Assembly: GCA_020725405.1 (NCBI GenBank)
Contig: DYFB01000039.1
Location: forward strand, 44,428 to 108,427
DNA: 64,000 bases
Direction: 5' to 3'
From: Symbiobacterium sp.
Lineage (GTDB): Bacteria; Bacillota; Sulfobacillia; UBA995; UBA9673
Below the pieces are notes generated by a model that saw only the letters and a list, made by a program, of their open reading frames with translations, made no database searches and was not told the origin of the DNA. How positions within the stretch are numbered: the first letter of the stretch is position 1; each line of letters opens with the position of its first letter. The position numbers were made by a program, and so were the translations under genes. Below, in pieces: positions 1 to 8,714 of the stretch.

Positions 1-361
1 TGACGAGGGCGCCTGCCGCCGTCCAAACGCTGAGGGTGTTGGTGAGGAGGATGGGCGTCTCGAGGACGCCGAGCTCGCCCAACTGGACAAGGCCTGTCGT
101 CTTCCCGTAGCCGTTGAAGACGAAGTGCCCCGCTCGGACCCGCCGCTGGTAGAGGTTACCCGGGTGAGGGCGGACGGCGGTGACCCCCGTACGGACGACG
201 GGGCCCGGCCCGCCGGCCTCACCCCTGACCAGGGTCACGTGCCCGACCGAGACTCCCGGCACGTCGGTGATGGCGTTCCGGGGCCCCGGCAGGAGGCGGC
301 CGATGATCAGCCCGACCTCCCGCGCCCGCGGCCGGGAAGTGGAGGTCGGCCCGCAGTTCAA
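1..361 (-). CDS. Partial (N-terminal ~120 aa) S58/DmpA-family peptidase (L-aminopeptidase/D-Ala-esterase-like); continues beyond window start
   Basis: Manual minus-strand translation gives ...LIIGRLLPGPRNAITDVPGVSVGHVTLVRGE...VTAVRPHPGN...FNGYGKTTGLVQLGELGVLETPILLTNTLS, matching the DmpA N-terminal signature (NAITDVPGVxVGH). TTG start at 361..359 overlaps the upstream TGA stop (TTGA). Not in the ORF track because the 3' end lies outside the window. Confidence 0.5.
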   Translation of the reverse strand, partial: MNCGPTSTSRPRAREVGLIIGRLLPGPRNAITDVPGVSVGHVTLVRGEAGGPGPVVRTGVTAVRPHPGNLYQRRVRAGHFVFNGYGKTTGLVQLGELGVLETPILLTNTLSVWTAAGALV

Positions 362-1209
362 CTCGGGTCCCCCCGGCCCCGGCGGTAGCGCCGGGCGGCC
401 TCGATGAGTCCGGTGAAGAGATTGAGGAAGAGGGGCTCCCTCGGCCACAGATTCTCCGGATGCCACTGGACCCCGATAAACCATGGACCGGCGGCGCCGT
501 CCGGCGGGACGGCCCCGGAGAAGCCGACCTGCTCGACGGCCTCGATAACGCCGTCAGAGGCTGCGGCCGAAACGCGAAAACCCTCGGGGACACGGGAGAC
601 CGCCTGGTGGTGGAAGGAGTTGACCTTGAGCCGGCCCGGGCGGAGCAGGGCCGCGATAAGACTGTCCTCTTCCACGGTCACGAAGTGGGTCGCCACGTCC
701 CGCTCGGCGTCCTGCCGGTGCTTGAGCCCGCCAGGCCTCTGAGCGGCAAGGTCCTGGTAGAGCCCGCCGCCGGCGGCGGCGATCAGCACCTGGAGGCCGC
801 GGCAGATGCCTAGCGTGGGGAGACCCCGGCTCAGGGCCTCCCGAGCGAGAGCCATCTCGAGGATGTCGCGCGGGCCGTCCACCCGTCCGAGCCTAGGCAG
901 GGGCTCCTCACCCAGGAACTCCGGGTCGAGGTCCGGACCTCCGGAAAGGAGGAGACCGTCGGCGGCGTCGAGGACCTCGACGGCGAAGCGGTCGGCGAAG
1001 GCGCGGGCCTCGCTCCACGGCCCGCGTCTCAGCCGGTAGGGAACGGGCAGGACGAGGGGCAGGCCGCCGGCTTCCTCGACGCCTCCGGAGTAGTCCAGCC
1101 CGAGCTGTGACGTGGGGACGTTCCCTCCGGGCGGTGACGTACTGACGCCCCCGGAGTAATCGCAGGTTACGATGATGCGGGGTCTTGGAGACCGGGCGGA
1201 GGTCGTCAT
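358..1209 (-). CDS. Class-I glutamine amidotransferase (peptidase C26 / gamma-glutamyl-GABA hydrolase PuuD-like)
   Basis: 283-aa C-terminal part of ORF 358..2172, from MTTSARS... The upstream part of that ORF is an alternate-frame artefact over the next gene. Motifs: LGICRGLQVL (Cys nucleophile) and GVQWHPE (His). ATG at 1209 preceded by GAGGAGGGG. ATGA overlap with the upstream gene's stop. Confidence 0.8.
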   Translation of the reverse strand: MTTSARSPRPRIIVTCDYSGGVSTSPPGGNVPTSQLGLDYSGGVEEAGGLPLVLPVPYRLRRGPWSEARAFADRFAVEVLDAADGLLLSGGPDLDPEFLGEEPLPRLGRVDGPRDILEMALAREALSRGLPTLGICRGLQVLIAAAGGGLYQDLAAQRPGGLKHRQDAERDVATHFVTVEEDSLIAALLRPGRLKVNSFHHQAVSRVPEGFRVSAAASDGVIEAVEQVGFSGAVPPDGAAGPWFIGVQWHPENLWPREPLFLNLFTGLIEAARRYRRGRGDPS

Positions 1210-2231
1210 GGGATGGCCGACCCCTCCTCGCGCCCGAGATGATCTTCGAGGGCGGCCGCCTCGGCCATCAGCCCCGGCCACCCACCGGTGTGCACGAACA
1301 GCACGTTCGACGCTGGTGAGAGCCGGCCCTGGCGGATGAGCCCGATGAGGCCGGAGAGGGCCTTTCCGGTGTAGACCGGGTCGAGGACCAGGCTCTCGGT
1401 CCTGGCCGCCAGGACGATGGCCTCCCAGCCGGCCCGGGTCGGGATGGCGTAGCCCTGGCCCACGTAGCCCCCGTGGACGACGGCCCGGGGCAGGCCGCCC
1501 GGATCCAACCCGAGAAGACCGGCCGTCTCCGCGGCTATGGCCTCCACCCTGGCGGCGGCGACGGATGGCTCCCGGCTGACGGTGATCCCGTGCAGCCTGG
1601 CTCCGGGCATGAAGCGGGCCAGACCGACCAGAAGGCCGGCGTGGGTGCCGCCGGACCCTGTGGTCACGAAGACGTCGTCGAAGGCCACCCCCTCCTCGGC
1701 GGCCTGGGCGGCCACCTCGAGCGCGGCTGAGACGTAGCCGAGGGTGCCGACGGCGCTCGAGCCGCCGAGGGGGACAACATAGGGTCGCCGACCGCGGTCC
1801 CTGAGGCCGGTCGCGACATCGGCCATGGTCTTCGCCACGGCCTCGTCCGAGTTCTCGGAAGTGAAGACGACCTCCGCCCCGTACAGGTAGTCGAGGAGCA
1901 GGTTCCCAGTCAGCGCCGCCGGTCGGCCCGGGACGCCCGCCAGCACGAGGACGACGCCGAGACCCAGGCGCCGGCAGGCGGCGGCCGTCAGGCGGGCGTG
2001 GTTCGACTGCAGCCCGCCCGTTGTGACGACCGTGTCGGCCCCCTCTTTCAGTGCAGCTCCCAGGAGGTACTCGAGCTTTCTGACCTTGTTCCCTCCAAGG
2101 CCGAGGTCGGTCAGGTCGTCGCGCTTGACCCAGATATGCGGCCCGCCGAGAGCCGCGGACAGTCTCGGGCACTCCTCGAGAGGCGTCGGCCAGGAGGACA
2201 GCCTGACCCTGGGTTGGTTGGCGAGGTTCAA
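1206..2231 (-). CDS. PLP-dependent D-cysteine desulfhydrase / ACC-deaminase family enzyme
   Basis: ORF 1206..2510 contains WVKRDDLTDLGLGGNKVRKLEYLL...TTGGLQSNHARLTAAA, characteristic of the DcyD/ACC deaminase fold-type II family. The ATG at 2510 would overlap alr by ~280 nt. A TTG at 2231 overlapping the alr stop (TTGA) is more plausible; the start is uncertain. Confidence 0.75.
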   Translation of the reverse strand: MNLANQPRVRLSSWPTPLEECPRLSAALGGPHIWVKRDDLTDLGLGGNKVRKLEYLLGAALKEGADTVVTTGGLQSNHARLTAAACRRLGLGVVLVLAGVPGRPAALTGNLLLDYLYGAEVVFTSENSDEAVAKTMADVATGLRDRGRRPYVVPLGGSSAVGTLGYVSAALEVAAQAAEEGVAFDDVFVTTGSGGTHAGLLVGLARFMPGARLHGITVSREPSVAAARVEAIAAETAGLLGLDPGGLPRAVVHGGYVGQGYAIPTRAGWEAIVLAARTESLVLDPVYTGKALSGLIGLIRQGRLSPASNVLFVHTGGWPGLMAEAAALEDHLGREEGSAIP

Positions 2232-3454
2232 CTCAGGCCACCTCCGGACGGAGCGGGGCCGAGAATAGACCGCGCCGCCACGGGGCGACCTCCGCGGAGG
2301 TAGACCCGGGGGACGCGGCGTCCCACAGTGGACACTATCTCGTAGGCGATGGTTCCACAGTGGCCGGCAAGCTCCTCCGCGGTTATCCGCGCCTCTCCGG
2401 CTGAGGGACCGAGGAGCACGGCCTCGTCTCCCGGCCGGGCGCCCGGGACGGCCTCCAGCCCGACCATGATATGGTCCATGTTGACCCGCCCGAGGACCGG
2501 ACAGCTCCACCCCTGAACCAGAACGCGCCCCCGCCCCGCTAGGGCCCGCCGGTAGCCGTCGGCGTAGCCGACCGGGCAGGTCCCGATAAGGGTCGGACGG
2601 GTGGTCACGTACTCCCCCCCGTAGCTCACCGGGGTTCCGGCCGGGACCCGCTTGACGTGCATGAGCCTGGTCTTCCAGGCCATGGCCGGGAGGAGCTCGA
2701 CCCGGGAGCGGTCGACCTCCTCCGAGGGATAGAGCCCGTAGAGAGAGATGCCGGTGCGGACGAGGTCGAACCGGGTCTCCGGAAGGTCGAGAAGGGCCGC
2801 GCTGTTCGCCGCGTGGCGCCAGCGGAACCGAAGGCCCTCGCCGGCGGCGAGGTCGAGAAAGGACCGGAAGAGGTCGGTCTGACGCCGGGCTGAGGTCTTG
2901 TCCTTCTCGTCGGCCCCGGCATAGTGGGTGTAGACCCCATCGAGGACAAGACCGTCGAGGGCGGCCAGCTTCGCTGCCAGACGGACCCCTTCGGCGTCAG
3001 GGCTCACGCCGATGCGGCTCATCCCGGTGTCGACCTTGAGGTGGGCCCGGGCGGTGCGCCCGGCCCGCCGGGCAGCCGCGGCGAGCGCCTCGGCCGTCCC
3101 CATCTCGAAGACGGCGGCGGTCACGTCGTGCTCGACGATGCTCCGGGCCTGAGCCGGGCTCGACGGACCCATGATCAGTACGGGAGCCGTGAGGCCCTCC
3201 CTTCTCAGCTGGATGGCCTCCTCGAGCGTGGCCACGCCGAGCCACGTCGCCCCGGCCGCGAGGGCCGCCCGGGCGGTCTCGACGGCCCCGTGGCCGTAGG
3301 CGTCGGCCTTAACCACGGCCATGAGTTCCGCCGGCCGGGCCAGGGCCGCTAGGCGCCGGGTGTTCTCGGCGACAGCATCGAGGGATATCTCGGCCCAGGT
3401 GGGACGGTGGGCGGCCTCCCACTCGGGAACGGACGCGCGGTAGTCGAAGAGCAA
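2228..3454 (-). CDS. alr: Alanine racemase
   Basis: 408 aa; AVVKADAYGHG PLP-lysine motif, typical Alr length and C-terminal domain. Sits downstream of acpS-nnr, as in many Firmicutes. Confidence 0.9.
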   Translation of the reverse strand: MLFDYRASVPEWEAAHRPTWAEISLDAVAENTRRLAALARPAELMAVVKADAYGHGAVETARAALAAGATWLGVATLEEAIQLRREGLTAPVLIMGPSSPAQARSIVEHDVTAAVFEMGTAEALAAAARRAGRTARAHLKVDTGMSRIGVSPDAEGVRLAAKLAALDGLVLDGVYTHYAGADEKDKTSARRQTDLFRSFLDLAAGEGLRFRWRHAANSAALLDLPETRFDLVRTGISLYGLYPSEEVDRSRVELLPAMAWKTRLMHVKRVPAGTPVSYGGEYVTTRPTLIGTCPVGYADGYRRALAGRGRVLVQGWSCPVLGRVNMDHIMVGLEAVPGARPGDEAVLLGPSAGEARITAEELAGHCGTIAYEIVSTVGRRVPRVYLRGGRPVAARSILGPAPSGGGLS

Positions 3455-3602
3455 CGCCTGCCCCTCCTATCGTGATCGAAGCTATCCACGGACCGTCACA
3501 GGACCGTACCAGGATCTCCGCCGACGAAGGTCTCGGGCGGGAGCGGACTCGCCCGAGCCCGCCCGGTCCCGCCCGGCCCCGCTGGTGCTGACCCTGCGGG
3601 AG

Positions 3603-5288
3603 TCAGGCGTCGACGAGAATGGGTCCGTAGCCGGTCGCCCCGGCGAGCGACTCGGCGGCCCGGGGCAGACGGTGGGCCACGTCGGAGGCCAGAAGGCCCC
3701 GTGACCCGACCTCGGCGGCGGCGAGGTCCCCGGCCAGACCGTGCACGGCCACCCCGAGAAGGGCCGCCTCCAGAGGGGGAACCCCCTGGGCCAGGTAGGC
3801 GCCGATGGCCCCGGCCAGGACGTCGCCGCTGCCGGCGGTGGCCAGCCCCGGGTTCCCGGTGGCGTTGAGCCAGGCCCGACCATCCGGAGCGGCGACCACC
3901 GTGCCCGCTCCCTTGAGAACGACCACGCAGCGCCAGGCCGTGGCGGCCGCGAGGGCCGCTGCGGTGCGGTCGGCCTGGATGTCCTCCGCCGGGCGGCCCG
4001 TCAGCCGGGCCATCTCGCCCGGGTGCGGGGTGAGAACCGGAACGAGGGCGTCCGGTCTCCGGGTGGACGAGAGTGCGTCGGCCACGGCCTCCGGACCGGC
4101 GAGAGCCAGGTTGTTCAGGGCATCGGCGTCGAGGACCACGGGCAAGGACAGCCGCCCGACGAGACGGCCGACGACGGCGGCCACCCCGTCGCCGACGCCG
4201 AGCCCTGGGCCGGCGACGAGCGCGGTCCTCCCCGCCGCCCCGCCGAGGGCCGCACCGAGGGTCGTATCGAGTTCCCCGGCCGCGTCCGCGGACAGCCGGC
4301 CGGAGGTGTCCTCCGGAAGACCGCGGGTGAGCGCTTCGGGCAGGGCGCCGGCCACAAGAGGGCGGCTCCCTTCGGGGCAGAGGGCCGTCACCAGCCCGGC
4401 GCCCGCCCGCAGCGCTCCCAGCGCGGCCAGGACCGCGGCTCCGGTGAAGCCTGGCGAGCCGGCGAGAACGAAGACACGCCCGAAGGTGCCCTTGTGGCCG
4501 GTGACCGGTCGCGGGGGAAGCCACACCGCGGCCTCCGGCGGTAGGAGCCATCTCAGAGCACCGCGGCGCGGGCGGGCGCCGGAGTCGGCCGACGCCTCTT
4601 CGAGACAGCGCGAGGGAAGACCGATGGGGGCGAGATAGAGCCTGCCGGTGTGCTCGCGCGCCTCGGGCGCGGCCAGGCCGGCCTTGACCCCCCCGAAGGT
4701 GACCGTGGCGGCGGCCCTCACGGCCTCCCCCCGGGCCCGCCCGGTGTCCGCATCGAGACCGGACGGAAGGTCAACAGCCAGGACCCGGGGGCCGGAGACC
4801 GAGTTGACCAGCGCTATGAGGTCAGCCACGGGCTCACGCGGCCTTCCGCGCGCCCCCGTACCGAGCAGGGCATCGACGACGACGGCAGCCCTGGCTAGAA
4901 GCGGGGCGAACTCGCTCGGGCCCAGGCCTGCTTCTCCGAAGACGCGGGGCCGGGCGAAGCCACCCCGCGTGAGAGCCTCGAGGTTGGTCCGGGCGTCCCC
5001 GGCCAGGGTTTCGGCCGCTTCGGCCAGGACGACCTCGACCGGCAGGCCCCTCTCGGCCAGGTGTCTTGCGGCGACCAGGCCGTCGCCGCCGTTGTTCCCG
5101 CGGCCGGCGAGGACGACCACAAGGCCGGGGACCGAGCCGCGGGCGCGGGCCTCGGGCTCGACCAGGTCCAACACCACCCGGGCCACGGCCCGACCGGCAT
5201 TCTCCATCAGGACCAGCGAAGGTATCCCGCTGGCCGTGGCCAGTTCATCGGCCCGCTTCATCTCGGCTGCGGTGTAGAGCCGGACCAT
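3603..5288 (-). CDS. nnr: Bifunctional NAD(P)H-hydrate repair enzyme Nnr (YjeF_N epimerase + YjeF_C ADP-dependent dehydratase)
   Basis: 561 aa. N-terminal VVLAGRGNNGGDGLVAARHL (YjeF_N) and C-terminal GHKGTFGRVFVLAGS...GSGDVLAG (carbohydrate-kinase-like YjeF_C). ATG at 5288 overlaps the acpS stop (ATGA). Confidence 0.9.
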   Translation of the reverse strand: MVRLYTAAEMKRADELATASGIPSLVLMENAGRAVARVVLDLVEPEARARGSVPGLVVVLAGRGNNGGDGLVAARHLAERGLPVEVVLAEAAETLAGDARTNLEALTRGGFARPRVFGEAGLGPSEFAPLLARAAVVVDALLGTGARGRPREPVADLIALVNSVSGPRVLAVDLPSGLDADTGRARGEAVRAAATVTFGGVKAGLAAPEAREHTGRLYLAPIGLPSRCLEEASADSGARPRRGALRWLLPPEAAVWLPPRPVTGHKGTFGRVFVLAGSPGFTGAAVLAALGALRAGAGLVTALCPEGSRPLVAGALPEALTRGLPEDTSGRLSADAAGELDTTLGAALGGAAGRTALVAGPGLGVGDGVAAVVGRLVGRLSLPVVLDADALNNLALAGPEAVADALSSTRRPDALVPVLTPHPGEMARLTGRPAEDIQADRTAAALAAATAWRCVVVLKGAGTVVAAPDGRAWLNATGNPGLATAGSGDVLAGAIGAYLAQGVPPLEAALLGVAVHGLAGDLAAAEVGSRGLLASDVAHRLPRAAESLAGATGYGPILVDA

Positions 5289-5860
5289 CAGGACCGACCT
5301 CCAGGGGCCGCCCAGCAGCCCGGACCGGACCGCTCTGCGAGGCAGAGGGCCTGGGCCGCCGCAAGGCGCCGGGTGTGGGTCAGGCTGACCACCACGGCGG
5401 CTACTCCGAGGTCCCGGGCCGCCTGGAGGGCCCGCCCCCGCAGGACGACCTCCGGGCGACCTTCCGGAGTCTTGACTATTTCCACGTCGAGCCAGCCGAC
5501 AGCGGGCCGTCCCCGGCCGAGAGCCTTGAAGACGGCCTCCTTGGCGCAGAAGCGGGCCGCCAGCCGCTCGAAGCGGTCAGGTCCGGCGCCGGCGTCCTCC
5601 ACCTCGCCGGAGGTGAACACGCGGGCGAGGAAGCCGTCACCCCAACGCCGGGCGGCCCGCTCGATCCGGGCCACCTCGACGAGGTCGAGACCGAGGCCGA
5701 GAGCCGGGACGAGTGCGGGTGGACCCGCCCGGCCGCCGGGGGTCGCCGCACGTCGCGGACCCGCCCGGCCGCCGGGGGTCGCCGCGCGTTGTGGACCCGC
5801 CCGGCCGCCGGGGGTCGCCGCACGTGGCGGACCCGCCGGGCCGTTCCCGGACGGAGCCAT
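5288..5860 (-). CDS. acpS: Holo-[acyl-carrier-protein] synthase with a Pro/Gly-rich repeat N-terminal extension
   Basis: C-terminal ~130 aa LGLGLDLVEVARIERAARRWGDGFLARVFTSGE...FCAKEAVFKALG is the AcpS 4'-PPTase fold. Preceded in frame by 3x PRAATPGGRAGP. Start chosen at ATG 5860 (GGTGGTGA RBS); GTG 5872 is also possible. Confidence 0.8.
   Translation of the reverse strand: MAPSGNGPAGPPRAATPGGRAGPQRAATPGGRAGPRRAATPGGRAGPPALVPALGLGLDLVEVARIERAARRWGDGFLARVFTSGEVEDAGAGPDRFERLAARFCAKEAVFKALGRGRPAVGWLDVEIVKTPEGRPEVVLRGRALQAARDLGVAAVVVSLTHTRRLAAAQALCLAERSGPGCWAAPGGRS
5713..5840. repeat. 39-bp tandem direct repeat x ~3.2 (ggacccgcccggccgccgggggtcgccgc(a/g)cg(t/c)...) inside the acpS 5' region
   Basis: Seen directly: three near-identical 39-nt units. 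They encode the 13-aa repeat RAATPGGRAGP(Q/R/P)R in the acpS reading frame on the minus strand. Confidence 0.85.
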
Positions 5861-5977
5861 CGTCATCACCACCTGGGAAAGCTTCGGGCGCGCCCCGGCC
5901 TTATCCTTGTCGCCGGCCCACCCCCGTACCCGCGCGGGATTCCGGCTCCCTCAGACGGCCGCGAGACGGCCGCGGCG

Positions 5978-6796
5978 TCAGCCGACCAGGTCCCGCCAGC
6001 CCAGGGCCTCCAGGCTGCGGTCGACCTTCTCGCCCGTCTCGACCTCGATGATGAAGCGGGGATTGAGACCCCGCCCGGCGAGGGCGTCGAAGAAGGGGAC
6101 GAAGTCGATGACCCCGTCCCCGACGGCCAGATGCTCGTCCCAGCCGCCGTGGTTGTCGGAGAGATGGACGTAGGTGAGACGGCGGTCCAGGGCGGCGACC
6201 CATCCCGGAAGCGGGACGCGGGAGAAGAGGTTGACGTGACCCGTATCGAGACAAGCCCGGAGATGAGGGCTCCCCACCAGATCCAGGAGTTCCACCAGGA
6301 AGTCCGGGCAGGGATCCCACATGTTCTCGAGGACGGCCGTGAGCCTGGTCCGACGCAGAACAGGCACGAGGTCCGACCAGAAAGCCGCGCTCTCCTCCAC
6401 CCAGCGGCGCGGGTAGCCGGGCATCCGGAGAACCGGATGGAACTGCGTGTGGAAGACGACGTGGTCGGCCCCGAGCCGGGCCGCCGCCTCTATCGCCTGC
6501 AGATACCGGCTCCGCGTGAGGGACCGGAGACCGGGTTCCGGGCTGATAGGGTTGAGGTCGAGGAACGGCCCGTGGACCGAGAGCTTCCCGGGGCTGCCAC
6601 CCACGAGGTCGTCGTAGAGCCGCGTGAGGCCGGCTGTGTCCCCGTCGAGGACCTCCCCCCGCCCGAAGTCGGCCACCTCCAGGCCGAGCCGTCCGGACCG
6701 GACGGGGGCGGTGAAGGGCTCGGGGACGAGAGCCCGCTCGACCGGGACGGCGAGAGACGGTCTTGAGAAGGCCAGGGACCCGGCTCTGTTATCCAT
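5978..6796 (-). CDS. Sugar phosphate isomerase/epimerase (xylose-isomerase-like TIM barrel)
   Basis: 272-aa C-terminal part of ORF 5978..7321 starting MDNRAGS (ATG 6796). Motifs HVVFHT, ENMWD, DTGHVN, HLSDNHG are typical of AP-endonuclease-2/xylose-isomerase-like TIM barrels. The upstream part of the ORF is a low-complexity artefact across the CT-repeat. Confidence 0.75.
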   Translation of the reverse strand: MDNRAGSLAFSRPSLAVPVERALVPEPFTAPVRSGRLGLEVADFGRGEVLDGDTAGLTRLYDDLVGGSPGKLSVHGPFLDLNPISPEPGLRSLTRSRYLQAIEAAARLGADHVVFHTQFHPVLRMPGYPRRWVEESAAFWSDLVPVLRRTRLTAVLENMWDPCPDFLVELLDLVGSPHLRACLDTGHVNLFSRVPLPGWVAALDRRLTYVHLSDNHGGWDEHLAVGDGVIDFVPFFDALAGRGLNPRFIIEVETGEKVDRSLEALGWRDLVG

Positions 6797-6920
6797 GTTC
6801 ACGGTCGGCAGGCCTCGGTTCGAAGAATGCAGGGGGGCATGTCGGTCAAGTGGGTCAAGGATGGCCCATCTTCCGGAAACATACTTCCGGTCGAGAAGTA
6901 TGTTTTCCAGAGGGGAACAT

Positions 6921-7070
6921 CCTCTTCTCTCCCTTCCCTTCTCTCCCTCGCCTTCTCTCCCTTCCCTTCTCTCCCTCGCCTTCTCTCCCTTCCCTTCTTC
7001 TCCTTCGCTTCTCTCCCTTCGCTTTTTCCCCTTCGCTTCTCTCCCTACTGCCTTCCCCTGCCTTCCCCGG
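6921..7070. repeat. ~150-bp almost pure polypyrimidine (CT) tract made of ~5 degenerate ~28-bp direct repeats (cttctctcccttcccttctctccctcgc)
   Basis: Seen directly. The plus strand is ~100% C/T over 150 nt. Lies in the 600-bp divergent intergenic region between the isomerase gene (minus) and the CaCA antiporter (plus). Confidence 0.9.
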
Positions 7071-7194
7071 CCCGCCCAGCGCCGCGCTATCGCGGCCCGC
7101 CCAGCGGGGCCGCGGCGGCGAGGCCGAGCCGGCCGTGGCCCCACGGGCCGCGGCTTTCGGCCCGGTTCGACAGGAACCCGGCTCCGCGGGTGGA

Positions 7195-7330
7195 AGTTGG
7201 CCGGGCGAAGGGGAGTAGCCCACGACTTCGCAAGCGTCAGCACGGCTGGGTCCGACCCGGCCCGCTCCCGAGCCCGGGTCCGCCATCCCGGGAGCGAGAC
7301 CTTCGACGGCCTCCGCGCCAAGGGCGACGG
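7195..7330 (+). ncRNA. Possible yybP-ykoY (Mn2+) riboswitch-like leader upstream of the CaCA antiporter
   Basis: Contains GGGGAGUAGCC (7210-7220), identical to the motif upstream of terC at 8728-8738, and a downstream GAGACCUUCG (7296). It sits in the 5' leader of gene 7400..8629. The motif match is partial and recalled from memory of the RF00080 consensus. Confidence 0.35.
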
Positions 7331-7399
7331 GCGCGGCCGTGGAGGTCTTTTTGCAGGTCAGGTCGACAAGACTAGACCCTGGAGGTCGAGTTCCGGACG

Positions 7400-8629
7400 A
7401 TGAGACCCCTCGCACCCCTCTTCCTGGCTGTGGGCGCTACCCTACCTTGGCTGTCTCTGCGCCTCTCGGGTTTCCACGGGACTCCGATGGCTGAGGCCGC
7501 CCTGGCCGGGATGGCCATCCTCGGGGCGGCCTTCATCCTTTCTTGGGCCGCCGAGCTGGCGCGACTGGAGATATCGGCCCACCTGGCCGTGGCCGTGCTG
7601 GCCTTCATCGCCGTTCTGCCCGAGTACGCCGTCGACATCTACTTCGCCTGGCAGGCCGGGCAGGATCCCGCTTACGCTCACTACGCCGTAGCCAACATGA
7701 CCGGAGCCAACCGGCTGCTCATTGGTCTCGGCTGGAGTGCCGTGGTCCTCACTTTCTGGTGGAGGTCCAGGCGGCGCGTCCTGGCCCTGGGAAAGCACGA
7801 CCGGCTCGAACTCGGCGCCCTCGCCCTGGCCACGGTCTACGCCATAGTCATACCGTCCAAGGCCAACCTCTCTCTCCTCGACACGGTCGTGCTCATCGCC
7901 GTGTTCCTGATCTACATCCGGGCCGCGGCCGCTCAGGCGGTGGAGGAGCCCGAGCTTCTCGGCCCGGCGGCCGCCCTGAGTGAACTCCCCGTGAACTGGC
8001 GGCGACTGACGACAGTAGGCATGTTCGTTTTCGCCGCGGTCGCGATCCTGCTCTCGGCCGAGCCGTTCGCCGAAGGTTTGGTCGGAACGGGCAAGCTCCT
8101 CGGTATCGACGAGTTCTTCTTGGTCCAGTGGCTGGCCCCCCTGGCCTCCGAGGCCCCCGAGTTCATCGTGGCCATCCTCTTCGCCGTCCAGGGGCGGGCG
8201 AATCTGGGCATCCGGACGATGATCTCCTCGAAGGTCAACCAGTGGACGCTTCTCATCGGGATGCTGCCCCTGGCCTACGCCATCTCTTCCGGCGGGCTCC
8301 AGCCGCTCCCGATGGACGCGCGCCAGGTGGGCGAGGTGGCTCTCACCGTGGCCCAGAGTGCCTTCGCCATCGTCGTTCTGGCCAGGTTCACCTTCTCTGT
8401 GTGGTCGGCGGCGGCTCTGGCGGTGCTCTTCATCAGCCAGCTCTTCCTCCCCTCACTGCACGGCCTCTTCACCGGCATCTACGCCGCGCTGTCCTTGGGC
8501 ATCATCCTGGCCGACCCGAGACGCCTGGTGACCCTCGGACCCTCGATGGCGGCGCTTTTCTCCGGGAAGGAGCCGGGCGGTGCCCCCGGGGATGAGGGGC
8601 GCGGCGGGAGAGAGGACGGGACCGCCTGA
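7400..8629 (+). CDS. Ca2+/cation antiporter (CaCA family, sodium/calcium exchanger membrane region, YrbG-like)
   Basis: 409-aa polytopic membrane protein with two internally repeated halves carrying the GxSxPE-like alpha-repeats of Na_Ca_ex proteins (LASEAPEF...). ATG at 7400 with GGAGG 14 nt upstream. Confidence 0.75.
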   Translation: MRPLAPLFLAVGATLPWLSLRLSGFHGTPMAEAALAGMAILGAAFILSWAAELARLEISAHLAVAVLAFIAVLPEYAVDIYFAWQAGQDPAYAHYAVANMTGANRLLIGLGWSAVVLTFWWRSRRRVLALGKHDRLELGALALATVYAIVIPSKANLSLLDTVVLIAVFLIYIRAAAAQAVEEPELLGPAAALSELPVNWRRLTTVGMFVFAAVAILLSAEPFAEGLVGTGKLLGIDEFFLVQWLAPLASEAPEFIVAILFAVQGRANLGIRTMISSKVNQWTLLIGMLPLAYAISSGGLQPLPMDARQVGEVALTVAQSAFAIVVLARFTFSVWSAAALAVLFISQLFLPSLHGLFTGIYAALSLGIILADPRRLVTLGPSMAALFSGKEPGGAPGDEGRGGREDGTA

Positions 8630-8714
8630 GCCACCGGGCAATGGCCGTGCGGTGGCCACGCCCGTTGACAGGCGGGGGTGAAGGACCGATAATGAGCGGG
8701 TAGACACTAGGGAG

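Noticed and set aside
1210-2172. N-terminal 320 aa of ORF 358..2172 (604 aa), highly Arg/Gly/Pro-rich
   Set aside because: Alternate-frame read-through over the DcyD-like gene on the same strand. Low-complexity composition is typical of wrong-frame translation in ~70% GC DNA. Only the C-terminal 283 aa (GATase) is real.
3496-6766. Long ORFs 3496..4551(-), 3741..4544(+), 3805..4638(+), 5061..6173(+), 5066..6766(+)
   Set aside because: All overlap well-supported genes (nnr, acpS, sugar isomerase) in other frames or strands. RG/P-rich low-complexity translations point to GC-skewed codon position artefacts.
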